A DNA stretch of 64,000 nucleotides from an uncultured Planctomycetales bacterium (GCA_964464475.1 CAYXGG010000007.1:5305-69304); one strand, 5' to 3'; counted from the stretch's first letter, positions 1 through 9,390 are shown. The notes: generated by a model from the sequence alone, not told the origin. A program made the numbers and translations.

Positions 1-933
1 GGAAATATCGATGATGAGGCGTTTGACAACGTAACCGCGGCCTTCGTTGGAAGGAACAACCCCATCGTTAATGGCAAAGGTGACAGCTCTTAAGTGGTCC
101 GCGATAACGCGTTTTTCCGTAACGGGCAAACGAACATTGTCTGTCGCGCATTCCTTTTCTATGCCTTTCAGGATTGGTTCAAATAAGTCAGTCTCAAAAT
201 TGCTTTTCTTTCCTTGAATGACCGCTACGAGTCGTTCTAAGCCCATGCCGGTATCAATGTTTTTTCCGGGCAAAGGATCCAACACGCCACCGTCTTTGCG
301 GTTGAATTGAGTGAACACCAAATTCCAGATTTCCGCAAAGCGTCCACAGCTACAAGACGGATCACACTGGTTTTTGCGGGGACATTCTGGGTTCTCTCCA
401 TAATCAAAAAATATTTCTGAGCACGGACCGCAGGGACCGTTGGGCCCTTTTTCACGCGCTTCCGATGGCCAGAAGTTATCTTTATCTCCCAGGCGGACGA
501 GTCGCGATTTTGGAATTTTAATGTCATTTAGCCAAATCGCTTCGGCTTCGGCATCTTCTTGATAAACCGAGACCCAAAGTTTGTCGGCTGGAATCTGTAA
601 CGTTTGCGTTAGAAATTCCCAACCCCAAGCGATGGCTTCTTTCTTGAAGTAATCTCCGAAAGAAAAGTTTCCCAACATTTCAAAGAAGGTGTGGTGAACA
701 GGAGTTTTTCCTACCTTGTCTAGGTCATCGGTGCGCAGGCATTTTTGGCTGGTCGTTGCGCGGGTGTAACCCTCAATGTGACCTAAAAATTGTCGTTTAA
801 ATTGTTGCATGCCAGCGGTAGTGAACAGCACGGTAGGGTCTTCCTTAGGAACGACCGAGTCGCTGGCCACAATGGTATGTCCCTTAGAAGCGAAGAAATC
901 CAAGTACTTTTTTCTGATATCGTTGGCGTTCAT
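1..933 (-). CDS. alaS: alanine--tRNA ligase, N-terminal part (truncated at window edge)
   Basis: Translated by hand from ATG at 933: MNANDIRKKYLDFFASKGHTIVASDSVVPKEDPTVLFTTAGMQQFK, the canonical AlaRS N-terminus. ATGA overlap with recX stop. Confidence 0.96.
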   Translation of the reverse strand, partial: MNANDIRKKYLDFFASKGHTIVASDSVVPKEDPTVLFTTAGMQQFKRQFLGHIEGYTRATTSQKCLRTDDLDKVGKTPVHHTFFEMLGNFSFGDYFKKEAIAWGWEFLTQTLQIPADKLWVSVYQEDAEAEAIWLNDIKIPKSRLVRLGDKDNFWPSEAREKGPNGPCGPCSEIFFDYGENPECPRKNQCDPSCSCGRFAEIWNLVFTQFNRKDGGVLDPLPGKNIDTGMGLERLVAVIQGKKSNFETDLFEPILKGIEKECATDNVRLPVTEKRVIADHLRAVTFAINDGVVPSNEGRGYVVKRLIIDIS

Positions 934-1403
934 AGTTTTCGTATGGCTTGCTGGATGAGCGAGAGGGAAAAACCCCGGCGGGCCAGAAAGTCAAAAATTC
1001 TTTTTTTTCGTTTTAAAGGTTCAATGTTTTGATAAAGCTTTAATTTTTTCTTAACTAAGGATTCTACCGCGCTGGGTTCATCCAGGTCTTCTTGTGCCGA
1101 TTCACGCTGGTCTTGAATAATATCATCCGCGATGCCTTTAATTTTTAATTCCTGGATGATTCGATTCATCCCCAGCGGTTTGGTCAGTCGATATTTAATC
1201 CAGGCTTTGGCAAATGCTGCGTCATCAATAAAACGGTAGCTCTTCAAATACCGGATGGTCTCTTCAATAACCTCAGGAGAAAACTTTTTGCGCTTCAGGC
1301 GGTCGCGTAGTTCGTGCTCGCTGCGCGGTCGAATTTTAAGTAGTCTTAAGGCTGACGTTTTAGCGCGTGAACATTCCTCCGGAAAATCATTTAATGTATC
1401 CAT
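930..1403 (-). CDS. recX: recombination regulator RecX
   Basis: ALRLLKIRPRSEHELRDRL, FIDDAAFAKAW and FLARRGFS motifs; recA/alaS context. Confidence 0.93.
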   Translation of the reverse strand: MDTLNDFPEECSRAKTSALRLLKIRPRSEHELRDRLKRKKFSPEVIEETIRYLKSYRFIDDAAFAKAWIKYRLTKPLGMNRIIQELKIKGIADDIIQDQRESAQEDLDEPSAVESLVKKKLKLYQNIEPLKRKKRIFDFLARRGFSLSLIQQAIRKL

Positions 1404-2897
1404 TTATTCTGGCACAACGAAAAGCCCGCGCGTGGTACGAACTAAACAATCGCCCGTGGCTTTTTTGATCCGCGTGTTGAACTCTTTTAAATTCGTCACC
1501 GGAAGCTTATTGATGCTATCAATGATATCGCCTTTACGAACACCGGCGATAAATGCCGCGCTTTTGGTATCAATGTCCGTGACCATGACTCCCTGTAAAT
1601 TGGTCAACGTGCGCACGATTTGGTTGGGGGGAATGTCCTGAATTGTTAATCCCCGCCAGGCGATGGCATTGGACGTTAACTCTTCTTCCTTTTCCTCTTC
1701 AACAGGAACCGAAATATCTTCTTCCAGCCCAGGACGCTTTGCCACGGTCACCGTTAATTCTTTTTCTTGATCATCGCGTAAAATTTTGATTTTAGTCTCC
1801 GTGCCAATCGGTGTATTGCCTATCAAATTGGTTAGGTTGCCGGAGTTTTTCATTTCTTTGTCGTTTACTTTCAGGATCACATCACCCTCTTTTAAGCCAG
1901 CTTTTGCCGCGGGAGTACCTGCGAGGACTTTAGAGATAACCACACCACGTCGATTTGTGACGTTAAAATATTCCGCCAGGCTTTCGTTTAAGTCCTGAAT
2001 ACTGACGCCAATCCATCCATAGTCGACTTGTTTTCCTTCAATCAATTTGTCAACGATGCGCTTAGCGCTGCTGCTGGGAATGGCAAAGCCAATACCTTGA
2101 TAGCCCCCGGAGGTTGAGAAAATGGCTACGTTAATACCGATAATATCTCCTTTAAGATTAACCAAGGGGCCTCCGGAATTACCGGGATTGATGACGGCAT
2201 CGGTTTGAATAAGATCAGAATAATCAGTGTCCTGCTCAGTAGCCGCTCGGGGTAAAGTCCTATGCAGCGCGCTAATGACTCCGGTCGTGACGGCGGGTTC
2301 CGTGTTCGGCAATAGATATCCAAAGGGATATCCGATAGCGACCACCCATTGGCCTATTTTTAAATGATCGGACGCTTCCAAGGCCACCACCGGCAAATTC
2401 TCAGCGGCAATTTTGATGACGGCCAAGTCTGAACGGGAATCTGTTCCCTGAATAGTGCCGGAAAATTCTCGGCCATCCGCCAACGTCACCTTAATTTTAT
2501 CGGTGTCTTCCACGACGTGAGCGTTGGTAAGGATAAACCCGCGAGGGTCAATGATGACTCCGGAGCCTAAGCCGGCTTTCTTGAGTTCTTTTTCCGGTAA
2601 ACTACCAAAAAAGTCGGAGAAGAATTTGTCAATTAATTGATCTTCGTAAGCACTGCCAAAGAGCGGATCTAAAACCTGCTGACGTTGAATTTTCTCTGAT
2701 TGAATTGAGACGACTGCCGGGCCTACTTTAGCGGCGACATCCTCAATGGCTGTGGTCAGTTCAGGTTCTCCGGCAGCAGTGAGGGCGGCCCCGAGGGGCC
2801 GCCCTGTCACCACCAAGACTAACGTCACCATGCTACCTAAAAGACCAACAAGTCGTTTAAACGCACTCGCTGAATTGTTGACGCCCTTTACGTTCAT
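1404..2897 (-). CDS. degP: HtrA/DegP-family serine protease with two PDZ domains
   Basis: GSGVII, TNAHVV, DLAVIK and INPGNSGGPL catalytic motifs; N-terminal signal/TM segment; two PDZ-like domains. Confidence 0.92.
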   Translation of the reverse strand: MNVKGVNNSASAFKRLVGLLGSMVTLVLVVTGRPLGAALTAAGEPELTTAIEDVAAKVGPAVVSIQSEKIQRQQVLDPLFGSAYEDQLIDKFFSDFFGSLPEKELKKAGLGSGVIIDPRGFILTNAHVVEDTDKIKVTLADGREFSGTIQGTDSRSDLAVIKIAAENLPVVALEASDHLKIGQWVVAIGYPFGYLLPNTEPAVTTGVISALHRTLPRAATEQDTDYSDLIQTDAVINPGNSGGPLVNLKGDIIGINVAIFSTSGGYQGIGFAIPSSSAKRIVDKLIEGKQVDYGWIGVSIQDLNESLAEYFNVTNRRGVVISKVLAGTPAAKAGLKEGDVILKVNDKEMKNSGNLTNLIGNTPIGTETKIKILRDDQEKELTVTVAKRPGLEEDISVPVEEEKEEELTSNAIAWRGLTIQDIPPNQIVRTLTNLQGVMVTDIDTKSAAFIAGVRKGDIIDSINKLPVTNLKEFNTRIKKATGDCLVRTTRGLFVVPE

Positions 2898-2903
2898 CCA
2901 ACC

Positions 2904-3980
2904 TTACCGCTTGAGCGCTAATTTTTCCAAGATTTGTTTTTCAATACGGTTCAGTATCTTGGGATTTTCTTGGAGGAATTTTCGCGCGCTCTCTCTTCCC
3001 TGGCCGATCTTTTCATTCTCAAAAGAAAGCCATGCTCCACTTTTTTGAATGATTTCTTTATCAGTCCCTATGTCGAGAACATCACTGATGCGCGAAATGC
3101 CTTCATTAAAAAGGATTTCAAACTCTGCTTCGCGAAACGGCGCCGCCACTTTATTCTTGACGACTTTTAGTTTAACGCGGTTTCCCACAATCTCTTCACC
3201 TACTTTAATGGATTCGATTCGACGCACTTCCAAACGAACCGACGCGTAGAATTTGAGCGCTCGGCCACCGGTGGTTGTTTCCGGATTTCCGAACATGACC
3301 CCGATCTTCATACGGATTTGGTTAATGAAGATGACGCAGGTTTTGGATTTATTGATGGCGGCCGTCAGTTTACGCAAGGCTTGAGACATGAGGCGCGCTT
3401 GCAACCCCATGTGCGAATCCCCCATTTCCCCTTCTATTTCGGCTCGCGGAGTTAGGGCGGCTACGGAATCAATAACGACTAAATCCACCGCGTTTGAGCG
3501 AACGAGCGTTTCGGCAATCTCGAGAGCTTGTTCGCCGGTATCGGGTTGGGAAACCAAAAGATCATCCAGTTTGACGCCTACTTTACCGGCGTAATTGGAG
3601 TCAAACGCGTGTTCAGCATCAATGAACGCTGCCACCCCACCTATTTTTTGAACTTGAGAAATAACGCTTAAAGTGAAAGTTGTTTTACCCGAAGATTCAG
3701 GTCCATAGACCTCAACAATCCGACCACGAGGTAATCCCCCCACACCTAAAGCCGCGTCAATCGCTAGCGAACCGGTAGGTATGACTGCAATATTGGTTTG
3801 TACGCTGCCATCCAGTTTCATGATGGAACCTTTGCCAAATTGTTTTTCAATTTGGGCTAACGCTAATTCCAGCGCTTTTTGCTTCTGTGGATTGGTCGCT
3901 GCGTCGAGCGTTTTTTCCACTTTTTCTGATTTTTCCGACTTCTCTACTGCTTTTTCCAAATGCTTTTTTCCTTCAGCCAT
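2904..3980 (-). CDS. recA: recombinase RecA
   Basis: GPESSGKTT Walker [21 protein letters not shown]. Start moved to ATG 3980, which follows an AAAGGAG RBS. Confidence 0.99.
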   Translation of the reverse strand: MAEGKKHLEKAVEKSEKSEKVEKTLDAATNPQKQKALELALAQIEKQFGKGSIMKLDGSVQTNIAVIPTGSLAIDAALGVGGLPRGRIVEVYGPESSGKTTFTLSVISQVQKIGGVAAFIDAEHAFDSNYAGKVGVKLDDLLVSQPDTGEQALEIAETLVRSNAVDLVVIDSVAALTPRAEIEGEMGDSHMGLQARLMSQALRKLTAAINKSKTCVIFINQIRMKIGVMFGNPETTTGGRALKFYASVRLEVRRIESIKVGEEIVGNRVKLKVVKNKVAAPFREAEFEILFNEGISRISDVLDIGTDKEIIQKSGAWLSFENEKIGQGRESARKFLQENPKILNRIEKQILEKLALKR

Positions 3981-4013
3981 GAGATGAGCTCCTTTCGTTG
4001 GAGGGAGGCGGGT

Positions 4014-4042
4014 ATTATAGGAAACCTTTTTTGGGTTGTCAA
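4014..4042 (-). promoter_or_regulatory. consensus sigma70 promoter of recA
   Basis: Minus strand TTGACA-17 nt-TATAAT, an exact consensus, ~35 nt upstream of recA ATG. Confidence 0.85.
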
Positions 4043-4112
4043 ACAATTATCCGGGAGTGTTAGCTGCCATTAACCTGTTTAATCGTAAATAGTTATAAGC
4101 ACAAAGAGATGA

Positions 4113-5927
4113 TCATTTAGGATTTGAGGGTATCTTGGTCGCACACGTTTGCAAAGTCTGGTGAATCATTTTGGTAAGAATCGGTTTTTGTTTGAGGACC
4201 TGTTGATAGTATTCCTGGGCACGTCCGCAGTCTCCTTGGGCTTGGTGGATTTGACCTAAGCGAAACAAAGCATCAAAACTAAAGGGTGATAAGCGAAGCA
4301 CTTGTTCAAATAAACTAATGGCCGCTGGGTAATTATGGAGCTGTTCCTGACTAAAGGCCAGATTATAAAGCGCATCAATGTGAAAAGGAGCGATATTTAA
4401 CACTTGAATGTACGAATCAATAGCCTTAGGCAAGTCCCCTTGTTTTAGATAAACATTTCCCAGATTACACAGAGTATTGACATCCACGGGATTTATGGTC
4501 AGTGCCGCTAGATAAGCGGCTTCTGCGTTCAACCATTCTTCTCTAATCTCAAAAATGGATCCCGCTTTGGAATGACGTAAAAATGAGATTGAATTGTTTG
4601 GTAGCTTGATTGGACTTAACAGTAAGAATAGACTTCCCGTCCATACTAAGCCGGTTAAGAGGTTACGAACATGTCCTCGTTTTCTTAGAGCTGCAGTCAA
4701 TTGGTTCCAAAACCAATTAAGCGTGTACGCTTCCAGAAGAATGAGAATAGGCAAAATGCCGGTTCGATGACGATGTGTGAGAAAGAAAATGAGGGTGAAT
4801 AACAGTTGCGAACCACAGAAAGCTAAAGCGTTTTGGGTAAAAGGATTTTCTCTGGTCAAAACCAAACCTAACAGGGCTAAAGGAACCATGACGGCGAAAG
4901 CATTAAAATCAAAGCGGTTCTTCCATTCTCGTTGAAAGATGAGATCTAAATCATAAGCGGCTTCGTTTTCAGAAAAGAAGGCCGCCGTTTTCCTTCCGAG
5001 CAATTTTAAATAGGCTCCGGGATTATTTTTTATAAACTCTCCTGCCTGCTGTTGGAAAAATTGAGAGACTTCTGAAGGACGCAGGGGTCTTTGTAACACG
5101 TTTTCAGCGTAAATGCGTTGGTCTGTATCTTGCCCTTCATGAGAAGGTCGGATGAATTCTGGATTTTCGAAAAATCCGGTGGCATGGGGGTTGTTGCCGG
5201 CCCACAAACTTAATCCGCTTTGAGCGGTGGTGAGAATCCAGTCCCCTCCTACCAGTTTATTACGAGCCATCACCATACTAAGAATTAAGGCGACGCCGAT
5301 AAGAAAGGCCAGGACTTTAGGGCCTTGGCGCAGCCAAGGCCCAGGAGTTCTTCCTAGCTGTAAGAAAGATAATATCGCGGCCAGGATCAGGAACTTTCCA
5401 TCGGCTAAGCTACCGATACCAACCAGCACTCCCAGGAGGCACCAATCTTTGGGTGATTCTTTCTGACGAAGTTGTTCGAGAATTAAGAGGATGAATAAAC
5501 TGATCGTGATGACCGGAGTTACCGGAAGCATCAGCCAGTCATAGTGAATGAGATTAAAATTCAGGGCGCAAAGTATCCCAGCCAATCGCCCGGTGTTTTC
5601 AGTAAATACATTACGGCCAATAACATAAACAAGGACACAATTAAATGCCCCGAGGGTCAGATGAAAAAGTTTAAGTATCTCCGGTGATCCCGCGGAGAGA
5701 ATCTTGAGGCACGCGAGAAAATGGGGATAGAATGGTAATCCCCAAAAAACATCAGCGGGAGTTTGCCCGAGCAGTATTTCTTGGGCCCATTGGGCATAAT
5801 AAGTGACATCGCTGCTGGGATGGCCGTAAAAAAAATAGTGAGATTTGAGTAGAATGTCGTAAAGGTAACGTGCGGTTAAGGCGAGAAAGAAAATCAAGAA
5901 ACCCATAAGTGGAATTCTTCGGGTCAT
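4113..5927 (-). CDS. GT-C (ArnT/PMT-like) polytopic membrane glycosyltransferase with C-terminal TPR repeats
   Basis: Many TM segments; SDxxYYxxWA first-loop motif; PFYPHFLA; SLWAGNNP; C-terminal TPRs (NLGNVYLKQGD, YNLAFSQ). Confidence 0.7.
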   Translation of the reverse strand: MTRRIPLMGFLIFFLALTARYLYDILLKSHYFFYGHPSSDVTYYAQWAQEILLGQTPADVFWGLPFYPHFLACLKILSAGSPEILKLFHLTLGAFNCVLVYVIGRNVFTENTGRLAGILCALNFNLIHYDWLMLPVTPVITISLFILLILEQLRQKESPKDWCLLGVLVGIGSLADGKFLILAAILSFLQLGRTPGPWLRQGPKVLAFLIGVALILSMVMARNKLVGGDWILTTAQSGLSLWAGNNPHATGFFENPEFIRPSHEGQDTDQRIYAENVLQRPLRPSEVSQFFQQQAGEFIKNNPGAYLKLLGRKTAAFFSENEAAYDLDLIFQREWKNRFDFNAFAVMVPLALLGLVLTRENPFTQNALAFCGSQLLFTLIFFLTHRHRTGILPILILLEAYTLNWFWNQLTAALRKRGHVRNLLTGLVWTGSLFLLLSPIKLPNNSISFLRHSKAGSIFEIREEWLNAEAAYLAALTINPVDVNTLCNLGNVYLKQGDLPKAIDSYIQVLNIAPFHIDALYNLAFSQEQLHNYPAAISLFEQVLRLSPFSFDALFRLGQIHQAQGDCGRAQEYYQQVLKQKPILTKMIHQTLQTCATKIPSNPK

Positions 5928-6664
5928 GGCGCAGTTTGCCATAAACGTATGGCGGCTACGATGCTAAGTGCCGCAGTGTCGACTTTCAAAACGGTTTGTC
6001 CGAGCGATAACGGGATGGCTCCCTTCTCTTGAGCCCATTGAGATTCACTTGGGGTGAAGTCGCCTTCTGGCCCGATGAGAATAATGATTTTGCTTTGCGG
6101 AGAAATAGGGACGCACGCTTGCGAGAAATTCTTGCGTTTACCTTCTAACGTCGGGATGAATACGTGATCAAAACGTGAGAATTCGTTGAGGACTTCTTTG
6201 AAAACTGTGATGGGTTTGATGGTGGGGATATGTAAACAACCGGATTGTTTGGCCGCGTTGATGGCCACGGTTTGGTAGCGATCAGTTTTTTTAACCAGCT
6301 CCTTCCCTGATTTGGCAAAGAGTGTTCGTTCCGTGATCAAGGGAATAATTTCTTGAACGGAAAGCTCTGTACCTTTTTCAATAATATCTTCAAATTTGGC
6401 TTTTTTGGGAATCGCGCAAGCGAGCGTTATCAAAGGCGTTATTGGTCTAGAGCTAATCACGGTTTTAATACGGAATTCCAAAGATGAGGAACGTAAATCG
6501 ATAATTTCAGCAACGGCTTCAGATCCTTGCCCGTTGAAAATCTTGATAGATTGACCAGGCTTAAGTCTTAATACGGTTTTGGCGTGGTGAAGCTCTTGAG
6601 GATCATTGAGCCGCGCCAATTTTACCGTAGTTAGGTCTTCGTTAGGTAAATAAAATCGGTGCAT
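5924..6664 (-). CDS. rsmE: 16S rRNA m3U1498 methyltransferase RsmE
   Basis: MHRFY start, HHAKTVLRLKPG, IEKGTELSV, AAKQSG, IGPEGDFT, LGQTVLKVDTA. Confidence 0.95.
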   Translation of the reverse strand: MHRFYLPNEDLTTVKLARLNDPQELHHAKTVLRLKPGQSIKIFNGQGSEAVAEIIDLRSSSLEFRIKTVISSRPITPLITLACAIPKKAKFEDIIEKGTELSVQEIIPLITERTLFAKSGKELVKKTDRYQTVAINAAKQSGCLHIPTIKPITVFKEVLNEFSRFDHVFIPTLEGKRKNFSQACVPISPQSKIIILIGPEGDFTPSESQWAQEKGAIPLSLGQTVLKVDTAALSIVAAIRLWQTAP

Positions 6665-6705
6665 AGAAGATTTTGAATTTAGGGAAGGTGTCTCTAAAAA
6701 AGAGT

Positions 6706-6781
6706 TGGTGGACCGAGGGGGGGTCGAACCCCCGACCTCCTGCTTGCGGAGCAGGCGCTCTCCCAACTGAGCTATCGGCCC
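6706..6781 (-). tRNA. tRNA-Ala (anticodon CGC), CCA encoded
   Basis: GGGCCGATAGCTCAGTTGGGAGAGCGCCTGCTCCGCAAGCAGGAGGTCGGGGGTTCGACCCCCCCTCGGTCCACCA: 76-nt cloverleaf, G3:U70 Ala identity pair, A73; anticodon loop UCCGCAA. Confidence 0.93.
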
Positions 6782-6880
6782 AAAACCAAAGATGACAACA
6801 TACTGAAACACTCAAAAAGTTGCCCTATAGTATCAAATCTTTTTTTAAAAAACAAGTTTTGAAAATTAATGTTGGGGTAA

Positions 6881-7504
6881 TTACGGCGTGAGTCGCCAGG
6901 AATGCAAAGCAGCCTGGACGCGGGTTTTTAAATTGAAATCGGGATTTTCGAAGGGGTTGGCCGCTTGACTAGGGTCATAGCGGCTTTGGATGTTTACTTC
7001 AAAATATGTTCCTGTGCCGATGCGGGTAGTCGTGAGGGAAATAATTTTACCGATGTAAGTATCGGAGGGGTTACAGGCGCTAGGACTATTTTTGATGCAG
7101 GTAAATAGTCGATTGGCGTTTCCGCCGTTGCCAATGGTGTAACAAACCCAACTATCGTCGCCAAGGTTGGTGGGAGTATTTAGCTCAGCTCCCGCCATGT
7201 TAACGTCTCGGCGAATGCAAAGATCCGTGGAGGTTCCCCAGTCTCCGGACATCGTGTTGGCGCGCACACCGGTTGTCGTGGAGGGATTGCTGGCATTGCC
7301 TGTCGCCAACGTTAAATTCTTAGTGATATCCGCCATCATACCTCCCACCTGGGCAGCGATTAGGGATTTGCGGGTCGTACGGATTTGTGATTGTTTGGTG
7401 GCGTAATCAACGGAGACGACCCCCATCATCACCATGCCGATGAGCATCGTGGAAATCAAGAGTTCGGTTAAGGTGACACCTTTTTTTTGAGTTAGCTGCA
7501 ACAT
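6881..7504 (-). CDS. minor pilin/pseudopilin (PilW-like)
   Basis: Class III signal KKG|VTLTELLI followed by a hydrophobic helix; Cys pairs. Confidence 0.8.
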   Translation of the reverse strand: MLQLTQKKGVTLTELLISTMLIGMVMMGVVSVDYATKQSQIRTTRKSLIAAQVGGMMADITKNLTLATGNASNPSTTTGVRANTMSGDWGTSTDLCIRRDVNMAGAELNTPTNLGDDSWVCYTIGNGGNANRLFTCIKNSPSACNPSDTYIGKIISLTTTRIGTGTYFEVNIQSRYDPSQAANPFENPDFNLKTRVQAALHSWRLTP

Positions 7505-7507
7505 AGT

Positions 7508-7891
7508 TTAAGGCACTTCCGTCCAGGTAATATCAAGCGCGACTTGAAAAAGATTCGTACCGGCAACTGACGTCACGTTGTAATTGGCTGTATAGATGGT
7601 GCCATCAATGGTGGTGGTCCCTAACGGGTGCGAACCGATGGAAAAGTCGGTCCCGCCATTGTATTGTCGGGTGGTTGGATTAAAATTCCGGGCGTCAACT
7701 TTGCTACGTAAATCTTCTAAAATTTGCCGTCCGTAATAGGCCGCGGTTAATTTGCGTTCCGAAATGGCTGCTGGTTTGCGAATGGCGGCAATCGAAGCAA
7801 AAGTTCCTAACGCGGCTATGGTAAAGATAATGGCCGCGACCAATACTTCGACCATGGTGAAGCCTTGTTTGGTTTTTTGCCGATTAAGCAT
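7508..7891 (-). CDS. minor pilin/pseudopilin (PilV-like)
   Basis: QG|FTMVEVLVA prepilin motif; C-terminal V.LDITW strand. Confidence 0.82.
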   Translation of the reverse strand: MLNRQKTKQGFTMVEVLVAAIIFTIAALGTFASIAAIRKPAAISERKLTAAYYGRQILEDLRSKVDARNFNPTTRQYNGGTDFSIGSHPLGTTTIDGTIYTANYNVTSVAGTNLFQVALDITWTEVP

Positions 7892-7895
7892 GTCG

Positions 7896-8300
7896 TTAGG
7901 GACAGCTTCCCGCCGTACAAGACGGATTCGTGGTTGTTAGGGGTGATGACGTTACTGTGACCGTAAAGGTTGCTGCCGGTCCCCAACGAACCGCCGTCAC
8001 CGTAAAGGCCGCCCCGCCGTTAGTACTGGTAAAGGTCATGCCATTCTCAATAATATTGAGCCCTAAATTGGTGTTAATGGCGGAGACATTGCCCGTTCCC
8101 CAGTAGGTGCCATATTGGGCCCGATAAATCTGTTGAGCACCGTGTAGCGCCGTTAGATTATTGATCGCGGTTTGTTGATATGACCTTTCGACTGTTTTTC
8201 GATAATTAGGAAGTGCTACGCCGGCAATGACCGCTAGGATAATAATAACGACAATGACTTCGATTAAAGTAAAACCCAAGGGATTTTTGTTTTTGGTCAT
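7896..8300 (-). CDS. type IV pilin (PilE-like)
   Basis: LG|FTLIEVIVVIIILAVIAGVALPNY; C-terminal Cys pair. Confidence 0.88.
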   Translation of the reverse strand: MTKNKNPLGFTLIEVIVVIIILAVIAGVALPNYRKTVERSYQQTAINNLTALHGAQQIYRAQYGTYWGTGNVSAINTNLGLNIIENGMTFTSTNGGAAFTVTAVRWGPAATFTVTVTSSPLTTTNPSCTAGSCP

Positions 8301-8303
8301 GTT

Positions 8304-8723
8304 TCAATATCCTATTTTAGTGCAAATGTTTCCTGTTCCGCCTGAACAGGTAATCGTGCCTCCTCGAGTAATACTAAGTTGATAGGCCCCATAACTCCCT
8401 CCACTGCGAGAAATTTGTGCGGCGGTATCACCTGAGGCGCCTGCCGCTAAAACCGTGGGCGCTCCAAAGTTTTGTGGGGTCGGGATGCTGACATCAAGGT
8501 TGGAAATACTATTGGTAAAGTTACCGCTATTATCTAGCGCATAACGATGCTGGGCTGCTAAGATCGCGGTTAAAATGCCTACGGCTTCTCTAGAGCGTAC
8601 TGTTTCTACTGATACCCCGTAGCGAGGCAACATGAGCCCGGCCATCGCGCCAATAATGATCAAGGCAACAACGGTCTGGACTAGAGTAAAAGCACTATTT
8701 CTTCTAAGCTTCAAGTTAGTCAT
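8304..8723 (-). CDS. type IV pilin-like protein with degenerate N-methylation motif
   Basis: SA|FTLVQTVVALIIIGAMAGLMLPRY; paralogous to the flanking pilins; C-terminal Cys pair. Confidence 0.78.
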   Translation of the reverse strand: MTNLKLRRNSAFTLVQTVVALIIIGAMAGLMLPRYGVSVETVRSREAVGILTAILAAQHRYALDNSGNFTNSISNLDVSIPTPQNFGAPTVLAAGASGDTAAQISRSGGSYGAYQLSITRGGTITCSGGTGNICTKIGY

Positions 8724-8750
8724 AAGAGTCGAAAAGAAGTCTTTAAAGAG

Positions 8751-8785
8751 CTCCGGGCTGTCAGCGCCTGCTGACAGCCCGGGAG
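8751..8785 (-). terminator. strong hairpin downstream of the putative major pilin
   Basis: GGGCTGTCAG/CTGACAGCCC perfect stem with flanking CTCC/GGAG; T-rich sequence follows on the minus strand. Confidence 0.7.
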
Positions 8786-8812
8786 GTGTTTTGTGCTTAA
8801 GCTAATTTAGGC

Positions 8813-9232
8813 TTAATTAACTGCACCAAACTTGCTCGTACCGGTGCGGGTTACCGTTGAACCGGTATAAGTAAGAACGACCGTACTGGAACCGTCTCCA
8901 CCATTACGAGTATTACGAGTCGCGGTAATGGTGTATTGCGTGGCGGCGGGCGCGGTTAACGCATAGCTAAAGTGCGCGTTCGGAACCTGACCAGGATCTT
9001 CAACGTCCAAGTTGGTGAAACTGACGCAAGGACCAGAATAGGAAGATCTCATCAGATAGCAGCGTTCAATAGACTGACGCACCGTGGTGACGGCTTGCAT
9101 AGCTTCCGTGGCTTTGGAATATTCTACCGTGCTAAAGAATCGCGGTAAAGCCAAGCTGGCTAAGACACCAACGATGATAATGACGATAATGACTTCCAAA
9201 AGCGTGAAACCGCTCTTTTTATTAATTCTCAT
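8813..9232 (-). CDS. pilA: type IV pilin, probable major pilin
   Basis: SG|FTLLEVIIVIIIVGVLASLALPRF; own upstream intergenic region with TATAAT and GGAGG RBS; 3' hairpin. Confidence 0.75.
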   Translation of the reverse strand: MRINKKSGFTLLEVIIVIIIVGVLASLALPRFFSTVEYSKATEAMQAVTTVRQSIERCYLMRSSYSGPCVSFTNLDVEDPGQVPNAHFSYALTAPAATQYTITATRNTRNGGDGSSTVVLTYTGSTVTRTGTSKFGAVN

Positions 9233-9390
9233 TTGTACCCTCCAAGAGTTCGTTTTTTAGTTAGTTTTGCTGCCCAAAAAGCCCTGTTCGTGCGCACAAC
9301 ACCCCCTTTCGAGTGACTACAATGATTATAAAACTTAATTGAGTCAGCGCACTCGAAAATTCATTTTTTTTTGAAAGCGTTTTCAGGCGA

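Noticed and set aside
237-1032. ORFs 237..527 and 790..1032
   Set aside because: Shadow frames of alaS/recX; alaS was missed by the track because it runs off the window edge.
6665-6811. N-terminal extension of the rsmE ORF in the ORF track
   Set aside because: It runs through the tRNA-Ala gene; the real start is MHRFY at 6664.
6600-6900. Integrative element at tRNA-Ala
   Set aside because: No integrase and no duplicated tRNA 3' end seen in the window.
9240-9320. c-di-GMP riboswitch in the pilin leader (GAAA loop)
   Set aside because: Lacks the GCAAA/P2/tetraloop-receptor arrangement of c-di-GMP-I; only a weak hairpin.
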